Source of the DNA: Oscillospiraceae bacterium
GTDB lineage: Bacteria; Bacillota; Clostridia; Oscillospirales; Acutalibacteraceae
Direction of reading: 5' to 3'
Assembly: GCA_015065585.1 (NCBI GenBank)
Contig: SVQC01000003.1
Coordinates: 1,363-65,362 of the forward strand
DNA length: 64,000 nucleotides
The notes under the pieces were generated by a model that saw nothing but the letters and a program-made list of their open reading frames with translations, had not been told where the DNA came from and did not search any database. The translations under genes and the position numbers were made by a program. This document shows positions 43,007 through 51,602 of the stretch, piece by piece. Numbering within the stretch: the first letter of the stretch is position 1; each line of letters starts with the position of its first letter.

Positions 43007-45274
43007 TTAAAGTTTGTTTCGTTGTATTTTTCCACTGATAGTTTTTGGCAATTCATCCTTAAATACAACAATTCTGGGATATTTATAAGGTGCGGTATGT
43101 TCCTTAACATATACCTGTATTTCTTTCTTAAGTTCTTCGGTAGGTTCTGTACCCGGAAGAAGCACGATACTAGCCTTAACGACCTGTCCTCTTACTTCAT
43201 CGGGAGCAGCAGAAACACCGCACTCAAGAACATAAGGAAGCTCCATAATAACGCTTTCTATTTCAAAAGGTCCGATACGGTATCCTGAGGACTTGATAAC
43301 GTCATCAATACGGCTGACATACCAGAAATATCCATCCTCATCGCGCCAAGCTGTGTCACCTGTATGATACATACCGTCATACCAAGCTTCATTTGTCTTT
43401 TCGTCATCAAGATAGTACTCCTTGAAAAGACCACAAGGAATACCTTCCTTGGTGCGAACAACAATTTCGCCAACCTCACCGTCAGCAACGCTGTTACCAT
43501 AAAGGTCAACTATATCAATATCATACTGAGGTGATGCTTTACCCATAGCGCCGATTTTGGGTGTAGTACCACTTAAGTTAGCAATAGTAAGGGTAGTTTC
43601 GGTCTGACCGAAGCCTTCCATAATCTGAAGTCCCGTAGCTTCCTCAAACTGACGGAAAACCTCAGGATTAAGAGCTTCACCTGCAGTTGTCATATGATGA
43701 ATTGAAGAAAGGTCATACTTTGAAAGGTCACTCTTTACAAGCATTCTGAGCATTGTAGGCGGAGCGCAGAAGGTAGTAATATTGTATTTGGCAAACATAG
43801 GCAAAATTTCATCTGCGTCAAAACGGTCAAAATCATAAACGAAAACCGCGCCTTCACACAGCCATTGTCCGTAAAGCTTACCCCATAGGGATTTACCCCA
43901 ACCCGTATCAGAAATAGTAAGATGTAAACCGTCTCTTTCACAACAATGCCAATATTTTGCAGTAACATAGTGACCTAAGGCGTAGGTATGCTTATGAGCC
44001 GCCATTTTTGGATTACCGGTTGTTCCTGAAGTAAAGAACATAAGAGCAATGTCCTCACCGCAAGAAGCATTTTCTTCTCTTTCGTATTTACCGGTATAAA
44101 GCTTATATTCACCGTCAAAATCGTGCCAACCGTCACGCTTTCCGCCAACCAAAATAAGATTTTTAACGCTTTCACAGTTTTTTGCGGCGCGCTGAGCAAT
44201 TTCTGCAGTATCACCGTCAGCGGTACAAACAAGAGCATTTACCCCTGCTGCATTAAAGCGGTATTCAAAATCGTGTTCCTTAAGCTGATTTGTAGCCGGA
44301 ATAGCCACAGCACCGATTTTGTGCAGTGCTACCATACAGAACCAAAACTGATAATGCCTTTTAAGAACAAGCATTACTTTATCGCCTTTTTTAATTCCTA
44401 AAGAAGTAAAATAGTTAGCGCACTGGTTAGAAGCTCTTTTTATATCCTTAAAGGTAAAACGGCGTTCGTTTTTATTCTTATCAATATGTAGCATTGCTAG
44501 TTTGTCAGGATATTTATCGGCAATTTCATCAACAATGTCAAAGCCGAAATTGAAAATATCTGTATTTTTAAAGTTTATATCAAGAAGCTCTCCGTTTTCG
44601 TTTTCGGTAGTATTAATAAACTTTTCACAAACAAGCTTTTCAGACTTTTTAGCAGAAGCAATACTCTTTCTAACAGTTTCTTCCTTAGTATTATCACCAG
44701 ATAGTACCACAGCACAGAAAACACAGTCTTCCCCACCGATAGCTATCATTCCGTGAGGTGTAGAGCTGTTATAGTAAATGCTGTCACCCTCGTTCAAAAT
44801 TTCGGTATGAGCGCCAATCTGTACCTTTAAGGAACCGCTTAAAACAATATCGAACTCCTGACCCGAGTGGGTAGTAAGCTGAATAGGTTTGTTCTGCTGA
44901 GCAGCGGAATATTCATATCTTACCCAGTAAGGCTCGGCAATTTTATCTCTGAATTTAGGAGCAAGATTTTTAATATCGATACCGTCTTCTTTAGCGGTAG
45001 ACTGACCCATTCCCTTTCTTGTCACAGTATAGCTAGAGAGACGGGCGGAATGGCCCTCTAAAAGCTCGGTTAACTCTACGTCAAAAGCAAGTGCGCACTT
45101 GTGAATAAAGGAGAACGGAATATCGGCATTAGCAGTTTCGTAAGAAATATATTTATCAGCACCAACTTCGGTTTTTTCAGCCATTTCCTCTATAGACCAA
45201 CCCATAATTTCGCGCATTTCCTTTATACGCGCGGCGATTTCCAGTAATTGTTCTTTTGCTGTGTTGGTTTTCAT
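43007..45274 (-). CDS. Fusion protein: XRE-type HTH + cupin + ACSM/MACS-type acyl-CoA synthetase (paralog B)
   Basis: Same three-domain layout as 40347-42635. By eye it is roughly two-thirds identical overall, the C-terminal ~110 aa are nearly identical and the HTH-cupin part is more diverged. Motifs: FTSGTTGNPK, ISDTGW, GFGQTE, GDTAWRDEDGYFWYVSRIDDVIKSSGYRIGPFEIES. Confidence 0.88.
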   Translation of the reverse strand: MKTNTAKEQLLEIAARIKEMREIMGWSIEEMAEKTEVGADKYISYETANADIPFSFIHKCALAFDVELTELLEGHSARLSSYTVTRKGMGQSTAKEDGIDIKNLAPKFRDKIAEPYWVRYEYSAAQQNKPIQLTTHSGQEFDIVLSGSLKVQIGAHTEILNEGDSIYYNSSTPHGMIAIGGEDCVFCAVVLSGDNTKEETVRKSIASAKKSEKLVCEKFINTTENENGELLDINFKNTDIFNFGFDIVDEIADKYPDKLAMLHIDKNKNERRFTFKDIKRASNQCANYFTSLGIKKGDKVMLVLKRHYQFWFCMVALHKIGAVAIPATNQLKEHDFEYRFNAAGVNALVCTADGDTAEIAQRAAKNCESVKNLILVGGKRDGWHDFDGEYKLYTGKYEREENASCGEDIALMFFTSGTTGNPKMAAHKHTYALGHYVTAKYWHCCERDGLHLTISDTGWGKSLWGKLYGQWLCEGAVFVYDFDRFDADEILPMFAKYNITTFCAPPTMLRMLVKSDLSKYDLSSIHHMTTAGEALNPEVFRQFEEATGLQIMEGFGQTETTLTIANLSGTTPKIGAMGKASPQYDIDIVDLYGNSVADGEVGEIVVRTKEGIPCGLFKEYYLDDEKTNEAWYDGMYHTGDTAWRDEDGYFWYVSRIDDVIKSSGYRIGPFEIESVIMELPYVLECGVSAAPDEVRGQVVKASIVLLPGTEPTEELKKEIQVYVKEHTAPYKYPRIVVFKDELPKTISGKIQRNKL

Positions 45275-45292
45275 AATAATCTCCCTTTCATT

Positions 45293-45575
45293 TTAAAAAA
45301 TAAAACCCGTCTCAAAGAATTACTTTGAGACGGGTGTAACAACATACACTCGCGGTACCACTCAAATTGCGGGAATCCGCCACTCTTGGAATCTAACAAT
45401 TCCTATGCCTTTACGCAGCAATCACGGGAAACGTCTACTCGGTATACTTTCGGGCTTCCGGCTCAGAAGGGATGGGTCTTGTAAGAATTCGTATTACCGG
45501 TTTTCAGCAACCACCGGCTCTCTGAAAATACAAAAACTTGACCGTCTTCGTCATAGCTTTTAAAAATTTATGTAA
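45293..45575 (-). promoter_or_regulatory. T-box riboswitch leader, specifier read as AUC (Ile)
   Basis: Minus strand shows GA motif GACGAAG..CUUCUGAGC, AG bulge AGAGAG (45518-45523) and distal hairpin CCGGU-GGUUGCUGAAA-ACCGG. The specifier loop ends ..CCC-AUC-C-CUUC, with the codon at 45471-45473. The T-box sequence UUUGAGUGGUACCGCG is at 45351-45366. The perfect 13-bp terminator ACCCGUCUCAAAG-uaauu-CUUUGAGACGGGU plus UUUUAUUUUUU is at 45293-45335. Confidence 0.82.
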
Positions 45576-45577
45576 AA

Positions 45578-45606
45578 AGTATAACACCACTTTTTACACT
45601 TGTCAA
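45578..45606 (-). promoter_or_regulatory. Sigma-A promoter (TTGACA-17 bp-TATACT) of the Ile-T-box unit
   Basis: Minus strand reads TTGACAagtgtaaaaagtggtgtTATACT. The -35 box begins 7 nt after the GH2 stop codon. Confidence 0.7.
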
Positions 45607-45613
45607 GAGTTTT

Positions 45614-48028
45614 TTATTTTACATCGTAGATACTGCGAAGTCTTATTGTTTTAGGCTCACCTGAAAGTACCTTAACTGTTTTACTTCCGGCGTTCATATC
45701 GAAATAGTTATCGCTGAGAATGAAGTCGCTGTCAGGTGAATCTATTTCAACATATTTAGTGAAACAATCAGCATAAACAGTTATCTCATCACCGTTTATT
45801 TCATATCTAAGTTTCGGGTCACCAAAATTATAATGTTTATGAGCAGTAAAGAGCGCATTACCTCCTGAAACCACCTCACCGTTTACAGTAAAGGAATAGC
45901 TTATATAATTTTCGGTAACGTCGGTCTTATTAAAGTCAATATTATCAAGCCAATAGGAAGAAAGACTAGGAACGGTAATTTCTTTGCTACCCTCTTTAAT
46001 TATATCGCATTTTGAATTTCTAAGTTGCCAGTTTACAGTACCAGTCACATCGTTAAGAGTTTCGTTTGTAACGTTAAGTCTTGCCTCAGTCGTATAGTCA
46101 TAAACTTCGGGTTGCATAACAACGCAGGTTCTTGTATCGGTTTCGCCAATTTCGTGGCAAGAAATCATAATAGGAGCGTAAAATCGCTTTGTACCGTACT
46201 GAAGCGCTTTATATCTGCCAAAATAGTCAATACTCGACCAAGAAACGCCCGGCCATATATCGTTAAGCTGCCAGTATAGCGCGCCCATGCAACGACCTCT
46301 GTTACGGCGAAGATGTTCTATCTCATAACCCATAGCATATAGCTGCATAAGCTGTGTAGCGTAAATAAATGTAGAAAAATCAGAGGGATATTTGAAATGG
46401 TCAGCCATATAGCTTATGAGTGCCTTGTTAGCTCCCGGTCGCCTTTGATGCATTTCCATAGTTCTGCTGAAAGGATTTTTCTCCTCGGGCAGTAAAAACG
46501 TATCTATGGTTTTTTCGCTGGGATACGACTGGAAAGAAAATTCGCTTAAATATCTGAAATAGTGCTTACGGTACTCATTAACGGGTTTAGCATTGCCCCA
46601 AACCTCGTAATAATGACAATCACCCATATCCTCGCTCTTAGTATCTATAAAAGAACCCTGAGAACTAGGAGATGCAAAAATGTACGGAACGTAAGGACAT
46701 ACCTCTTTAGCAACATCGGGTAAAATATGCTCAAATATTTTAATGTAAGAACTTTTGCGCTTGTTTTTGCCCTCGTCGTTCCACCAGAATTCTATTGCTT
46801 CCTCTAATTCATTGTTGCCCGAAATAACGGCAAGGGACGCGTGATGACGGATTCGCGTAAGGTTCTGTCTTACTTCCTCGCAAATATTATTTATCATATC
46901 CTCGTTATCGGGAACGTTCATACATGCAAACATTAAATCATGGAAAATTAACAGACCCAGCTCGTCACACAAATCATAAAAATAATCGTCAGGAAAATAG
47001 CCGCCGCCCCAAACTCTTATGGTATTGAAATTACAATCCGCACAAGCCTTTAAAAGTTTTTCGGTACGCTCTTTGTTTATTCGTGAGTAAATATTATCTT
47101 CAGGAATATAGTTAGAACCCATTGCAAAAATGCGCTTACCGTTTACTTCGTGACAAAAGCTTATTCCGTACTCATCCTTCTCTCGTACAAGCTTCATTTC
47201 TCTAAGACCGATACGGAGTTTACGGCTGTCACTAATATTTTCATTTTCTATAAGACTTACGGTAAAATCGTAGAGATTTTGCTTGCCGTAGCCTCTGGGC
47301 CACCAAAGCATAGGCGACTCTATTTCATTTTCTTTGTTAGGAGTAAGTTCAAAATGTTGTCCGACAGGTGAAGTAACACTAACCTTTATTTCTCCCGCAG
47401 AAAGCTGTGATTTAACTCTTGGGTTAATAAAAACCTTGCCATCACGATGATACTGTAAAATTTCAACCTCACTAAGCCTGTCCGAATCAACGGTTAATAG
47501 AGAAATCTCTCTCCAAATACCTGCATCAGGAAGCGCAGGGCCCCAATCCCAACCCATCATACTGTGAGCTTTTCTTAAATGAGGGAAGCCGCGCATACAG
47601 TTACTTACACCTAAAACAGGGTCTTCTATATCTTTTCTTTTTATGTACTTGGTAGGAGAAGCAAAAGAAGCAGAAATACTGTTTTTTCCGTCTTTTAGCA
47701 CATCGGTAACATCAAATTCATAGGTTTTATGCATATTATCGGTATTTCCAATAACTTTGCCGTTAAGGGTAAGGCAACAAAGAGTGTCAAGGCCCTCGCA
47801 TCGTAAAATTAGTTTACTGTCCCCTATTTTAGAAAAATCAAATTCTCTGCTAAAAGAAAAATCATTTTCCATAATTTTAACAGCTTCAAGCTCGTTATCT
47901 CTGTAAAATGGGTCGGGTATTAAAGCGTTGCCAAGCAAAAAAGAATAAACGGAGCCTGGAACTTTGCCATAACAACTGTAACCGCCGCCCTCCATTTTCC
48001 ATTGACCGCACAGTGAAAAGGTTTTCAT
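45614..48028 (-). CDS. Beta-mannosidase (glycoside hydrolase family 2)
   Basis: ~800 aa. The N-terminus (LCGQWKM..VPGSVYSFLLGNALIPDPFYRDNE) and GH2 catalytic region (WGGGYFPDDYFYDLCDELGLLIFHD, ISGNNE) are typical of bacterial GH2 beta-mannosidases. The likely start is the ATG at 48028. The ORF track extends to a GTG at 48037. Confidence 0.88.
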   Translation of the reverse strand: MKTFSLCGQWKMEGGGYSCYGKVPGSVYSFLLGNALIPDPFYRDNELEAVKIMENDFSFSREFDFSKIGDSKLILRCEGLDTLCCLTLNGKVIGNTDNMHKTYEFDVTDVLKDGKNSISASFASPTKYIKRKDIEDPVLGVSNCMRGFPHLRKAHSMMGWDWGPALPDAGIWREISLLTVDSDRLSEVEILQYHRDGKVFINPRVKSQLSAGEIKVSVTSPVGQHFELTPNKENEIESPMLWWPRGYGKQNLYDFTVSLIENENISDSRKLRIGLREMKLVREKDEYGISFCHEVNGKRIFAMGSNYIPEDNIYSRINKERTEKLLKACADCNFNTIRVWGGGYFPDDYFYDLCDELGLLIFHDLMFACMNVPDNEDMINNICEEVRQNLTRIRHHASLAVISGNNELEEAIEFWWNDEGKNKRKSSYIKIFEHILPDVAKEVCPYVPYIFASPSSQGSFIDTKSEDMGDCHYYEVWGNAKPVNEYRKHYFRYLSEFSFQSYPSEKTIDTFLLPEEKNPFSRTMEMHQRRPGANKALISYMADHFKYPSDFSTFIYATQLMQLYAMGYEIEHLRRNRGRCMGALYWQLNDIWPGVSWSSIDYFGRYKALQYGTKRFYAPIMISCHEIGETDTRTCVVMQPEVYDYTTEARLNVTNETLNDVTGTVNWQLRNSKCDIIKEGSKEITVPSLSSYWLDNIDFNKTDVTENYISYSFTVNGEVVSGGNALFTAHKHYNFGDPKLRYEINGDEITVYADCFTKYVEIDSPDSDFILSDNYFDMNAGSKTVKVLSGEPKTIRLRSIYDVK

Positions 48029-48141
48029 AAATATCACTCTTTCTAAAAGTATTTACATTTACAGTATATTATGATATTATTGTAAAAACAATGTAATATC
48101 CGACGATTTATTTATACTATATTACGATTTTGGTGATTTTT

Positions 48142-48915
48142 ATGAACATAAAAACCTTAGGTTACGATTTTCCTCATAAAAAGGGAGAATTCTGTAAGAA
48201 GAGAATCTGCGATTTTTATTCCGTATGCTGTTTTTCTACACCGTTTCTATATTTAAAGGACGGAGAACTAATAAAAGGAAAAGCCGGTGATATTCTTATA
48301 AACCCACCGGGCGTTATGGTATACCATGGACCAGAGGATAATGCCGAAAAAGGCTTTGTTAACGATTGGTTTCAAATTATAGGTGAAGATTTTAAAGAAC
48401 TTCTTGAAAAATTCCCATTGCCCTTAAATATTGCTTTTAGTGTCAGTAAAAAAGATTTTTTAAGAAAATACGCCGTTAAAATCACCCGTGAATTAAGTTA
48501 TGATTTTGAAGGTAAAGAGCAACTTATTACCTGTTATATTACCGAAATGATAATTGATATTTACCGAAACCTTAAAAATCAAAGAAAAGAAACAGAAAAA
48601 ATAAGCAATATAATCAACGTACATAACGAGATAGTCTTAAACCCTGCAAGAAACTGGACGCTAAAAGAAATGACATCGTTAAGTGGTTATTCCGTAAGTC
48701 GATTTTGTGAACTTTACAAAAAGACCTATGGTATCTCTCCTGTTAACGCCGTTATATACGAAAGAATTGAAATGGCAAAAAAATTGCTTATTTCCGGTCA
48801 GGCTTCGGTGTTGGTTGTTTCAGAAGCCTGTGGTTTTTCTACCGTTAACTACTTTTCAAAGTGTTTTAAAAATCTTACAGGCTATACTCCATCCTCCTAT
48901 CGAAACAGAAAATAA
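48142..48915 (+). CDS. AraC family transcriptional regulator
   Basis: Cupin-like N-domain plus C-terminal AraC HTH (WTLKEMTSLSGYSVSRFCELYKKTYGISPVNAVIYERIEMAKKLL..FSTVNYFSKCFKNLTGYTPSSYR). It is divergent from the GH2 gene. I prefer the ATG at 48142. Confidence 0.88.
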   Translation: MNIKTLGYDFPHKKGEFCKKRICDFYSVCCFSTPFLYLKDGELIKGKAGDILINPPGVMVYHGPEDNAEKGFVNDWFQIIGEDFKELLEKFPLPLNIAFSVSKKDFLRKYAVKITRELSYDFEGKEQLITCYITEMIIDIYRNLKNQRKETEKISNIINVHNEIVLNPARNWTLKEMTSLSGYSVSRFCELYKKTYGISPVNAVIYERIEMAKKLLISGQASVLVVSEACGFSTVNYFSKCFKNLTGYTPSSYRNRK

Positions 48916-48982
48916 ATTTACACTTTTATACACCTCAAGGCATATTTAATAGCAATACTATTCCATTTGGATTGGACAAATG

Positions 48983-49015
48983 AAAAAACGACTTGTGTCA
49001 AACAAGTCGTTTTTT
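48983..49015. terminator. Bidirectional intrinsic terminator (AraC gene / tRNA-Lys)
   Basis: AAAAAACGACTTGT-gtcaa-ACAAGTCGTTTTTT abuts the 3' CCA of the tRNA. Confidence 0.85.
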
Positions 49016-49090
49016 GGTGACCCATCGGAGAATCGAACTCCGGACACCATGATTAAAAGTCATGTGCTCTACCGGCTGAGCTAATGGATC
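49015..49090 (-). tRNA. tRNA-Lys (anticodon UUU), CCA encoded
   Basis: Minus strand reads GATCCATTAGCTCAGCCGGTAGAGCACATGACTTTTAATCATGGTGTCCGGAGTTCGATTCTCCGATGGGTCACCA. It folds as a cloverleaf with a 7-bp acceptor stem (one G-U), D arm, anticodon stem CATGA/TCATG with loop CUUUUAA, and T arm CGGAG-TTCGATT-CTCCG. Confidence 0.93.
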
Positions 49091-49115
49091 GTCCTTAAGT
49101 TTTGCAACATTAATG

Positions 49116-49144
49116 ATTATATCAAAGCAATGCCCTTTTGTCAA
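49116..49144 (-). promoter_or_regulatory. Consensus sigma-A promoter (TTGACA-17 bp-TATAAT) for tRNA-Lys
   Basis: Minus strand reads TTGACAaaagggcattgctttgaTATAAT. The -10 box ends about 25 nt upstream of the mature tRNA 5' end. Confidence 0.7.
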
Positions 49145-49159
49145 GCACTTTCTTAAATT

Positions 49160-49189
49160 TTTTCGTGGGGCAAAACTGCCCCACGAAAA
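49160..49189 (-). other. GC-rich hairpin just after leuS (possible atypical terminator)
   Basis: TTTTCGTGGGGCA-gttt-TGCCCCACGAAAA. No clean U-tail follows on the minus strand (AAAAAATTT), so terminator function is uncertain. Confidence 0.4.
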
Positions 49190-49193
49190 CACA

Positions 49194-51602
49194 TTATCTT
49201 ACTACTATATTTACAAGCTTCTTGGGAACATAAAGTTCTTTGACAATAGTCTTTCCTTCAAGCTGTCCTGATATACCATCCTGCTCTTTAGCAGCCTTAA
49301 TAGCGTCTTCAGCGCTTATATCAGCAGGTATATCCATTCTGCCTCTGAGCTTACCGTTAACCTGTATACCAATCTCAACGGTAGACTCTATACATTTAGC
49401 TTCGTCATACTCGGGCCACTTAGCCTGATTAAGCCTGCCTTCAAATCCAAGTTCCTCCCAAATTTCTTCGGTAATATGAGGTGCAAAGGGATTTAAAAGG
49501 AGAAGAAGTGTTTTATATTCAGCGCGGTTGATTTCATTACCAACGGTATTGATAAATGCCATCATTGAAGCAATAGCGGTGTTCATCTTAAGGCTTTCAA
49601 TATCGTCGGTCACCTTGCGAATCATCTTGTGAATTTCACTCTCGTAATCTTTTCTGTAGCTATCACCGTCAATAACGTTTTCCTTAAGCGCCCAAACTCT
49701 GTCAAGAAAACGCTTACAACCCTTAATTGAAGAAGTACTCCAAGGAGCAGCCTTTTCAAAGTCGCCGATAAACATTTCGTAAAGTCGCATAGTATCTGCG
49801 CCGTACTCATTGATAATATCATCGGGATTAATTACGTTGCCTCTTGATTTAGACATCTTTTCTCCGTTTTCACCGAGAATCATACCGTGGCTTGTACGCT
49901 TAGCATAAGGTTCCGGATTAGGAACAACACCGATATCATAAAGGAATTTATGCCAGAAACGGCTGTAAAGAAGATGAAGGGTTGTATGCTCCATACCGCC
50001 GTTATACCAGTCAACAGGGCCCCAATATTCAAGAGCCTCCTTGCTTGCAAGTTCTTTATCATTGTGAGGGTCACAATAACGAAGGAAATACCATGAAGAA
50101 CCTGCCCACTGAGGCATAGTATCGGTTTCTCTTACTGCCTTGCCGCCGCACTTGGGACAGGTAGTATTAATCCACTCGGCAATATTAGCAAGAGGTGACT
50201 CACCGTTGACGGTAGGCTCATAAGACTCAACCTCAGGCAAAAGCAGAGGAAGTTCACTTTCATTTAGGGGAACATATCCGCAACAGTCACAGTAAACCAT
50301 AGGAATTGGTTCGCCCCAATAACGCTGACGGGAGAAGACCCAGTCACGAAGCTTATAGTTGGTTTTTCTCTCGCCTATTCCCTTTTCGGTAAGGAAGTTC
50401 TGTATAGCAACCTTTGCTTCTTCAACGCTCATACCGTCAAGAAAACCCGAATTAACCATTACACCGGTAGCACAATCGGTAAAGGCTTCTTCCTCAACGT
50501 TTCCACCCTTTACAACCTCGATAATAGGAAGATTAAACTTTTTAGCAAATTCCCAGTCACGAGTATCGTGAGCAGGTACAGCCATAATAGCGCCTGTGCC
50601 ATAGGAAATCAAAACATAATCAGAAATAAAAATCGGAATTTCAGTATTGTTAACTGGATTTATAGCCTTAACGCCTTTAAGCATAACACCGGTTTTATCC
50701 TTAGCAAGCTCAGTTCTTTCAAAATCAGATTTCTTAGCCGCTTCGTTTTTATATGCAATAACTTCATCAATATTAGAAATTTTATCTGCCCATTTATCAA
50801 TTAAAGGATGCTCAGGTGAAAGTACCATATAGGTAGCACCGAAAAGAGTATCCGCACGGGTAGTATAAATTTCAAAAACATCACCTGTCGTTGCGGTAAA
50901 TTTTACCTGAGTACCATAAGAACGACCAATCCAGTTTTCCTGCTGAATTTTTACTCTTTCGATAAAATCAACGGTTGCAAGGTCATCAACAAGCTTCCCT
51001 GCATACTCAGTGATTTTCAGCATCCACTGGCTCTTTTCCTTATGTACTACTTCGCTTCCGCAACGCTCGCATACGCCGTTTACAACCTCTTCATTAGCAA
51101 GAACACACTTACAGGAGGTGCACCAGTTTACAGCCATTTTCTTTTTATATGCAAGACCTTTTTCAAAAAGCTTAAGGAAAATCCACTGTGTCCACTTATA
51201 ATAAGCAGGGTCGGTGGTATTGATTTCTCTGTTCCAGTCAAAAGAAAAACCTAAAGATTTAAGCTGACGCTTAAAGTTTTCCACGTTATTCTTAGTAACT
51301 ATTTCGGGGTGGATATGATTTTTAATAGCGAAGTTTTCGGTAGGAAGGCCGAAAGCATCCCAACCCATCGGATAAAGCACATTGTAGCCCTGAAGACGTT
51401 TTTTACGTGCAACAATGTCAATAGCGGTATAGGAACGGGGATGACCTACGTGAAGTCCCTGACCTGAAGGATACGGAAATTCAACAAGACCGTAAAACTT
51501 GGGTAAGGTATAATCGTTTTTAGCTGCAAAAGGCTGTTCCTTATCCCAAATATCCTGCCATTTCTTTTCAATTTCACTAAAATTATATCTATCCTGCTTC
51601 AT
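49194..51602 (-). CDS. leuS: Leucine--tRNA ligase
   Basis: 802 aa with HIGH ([14 protein letters not shown]), KMSKS ([10 protein letters not shown]) and a CP1 editing domain. Confidence 0.97.
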   Translation of the reverse strand: MKQDRYNFSEIEKKWQDIWDKEQPFAAKNDYTLPKFYGLVEFPYPSGQGLHVGHPRSYTAIDIVARKKRLQGYNVLYPMGWDAFGLPTENFAIKNHIHPEIVTKNNVENFKRQLKSLGFSFDWNREINTTDPAYYKWTQWIFLKLFEKGLAYKKKMAVNWCTSCKCVLANEEVVNGVCERCGSEVVHKEKSQWMLKITEYAGKLVDDLATVDFIERVKIQQENWIGRSYGTQVKFTATTGDVFEIYTTRADTLFGATYMVLSPEHPLIDKWADKISNIDEVIAYKNEAAKKSDFERTELAKDKTGVMLKGVKAINPVNNTEIPIFISDYVLISYGTGAIMAVPAHDTRDWEFAKKFNLPIIEVVKGGNVEEEAFTDCATGVMVNSGFLDGMSVEEAKVAIQNFLTEKGIGERKTNYKLRDWVFSRQRYWGEPIPMVYCDCCGYVPLNESELPLLLPEVESYEPTVNGESPLANIAEWINTTCPKCGGKAVRETDTMPQWAGSSWYFLRYCDPHNDKELASKEALEYWGPVDWYNGGMEHTTLHLLYSRFWHKFLYDIGVVPNPEPYAKRTSHGMILGENGEKMSKSRGNVINPDDIINEYGADTMRLYEMFIGDFEKAAPWSTSSIKGCKRFLDRVWALKENVIDGDSYRKDYESEIHKMIRKVTDDIESLKMNTAIASMMAFINTVGNEINRAEYKTLLLLLNPFAPHITEEIWEELGFEGRLNQAKWPEYDEAKCIESTVEIGIQVNGKLRGRMDIPADISAEDAIKAAKEQDGISGQLEGKTIVKELYVPKKLVNIVVR

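Larger units (their letters stand above)
40347..45606 (-). repeat. Tandem duplication: [promoter + T-box + HTH-cupin-synthetase] x2 (units ~40347-42976 and ~43007-45606)
   Basis: The two units are colinear. The 3' halves of the leaders (about 42722-42800 vs 45352-45431) and a 148-nt coding tract (40501-40648 vs 43161-43308; 3 mismatches) are nearly identical. Stem I of the leaders and the HTH-cupin region have diverged. Confidence 0.85.

Noticed and set aside
45461-45485. Alternative specifier readings in the third T-box (CCC, CAU, ACC and others within ..ACAAGACCCAUCC..).
   Set aside because: Only AUC occupies the same register as GUA in the paralogous leader. That register is one unpaired residue before the shared CUUC helix, the position the codon occupies in characterised T-boxes. 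The other triplets would leave 3 or more nt between the codon and the helix. The call remains a hand-fold and is flagged as such.
45614-48915. I asked whether the GH2 beta-mannosidase and its AraC regulator belong to the T-box locus.
   Set aside because: The pair forms a self-contained divergent enzyme/regulator unit of carbohydrate metabolism. The only link is the lack of a terminator before the Ile-unit promoter, which the serial-attenuator finding already covers.
49160-49189. GC-rich hairpin after leuS, considered as a riboswitch remnant or a canonical terminator.
   Set aside because: It lies downstream of leuS, not upstream. It has no T-box motifs and no clean U-tail on the transcribed strand. 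I kept it only as a low-confidence structural feature.
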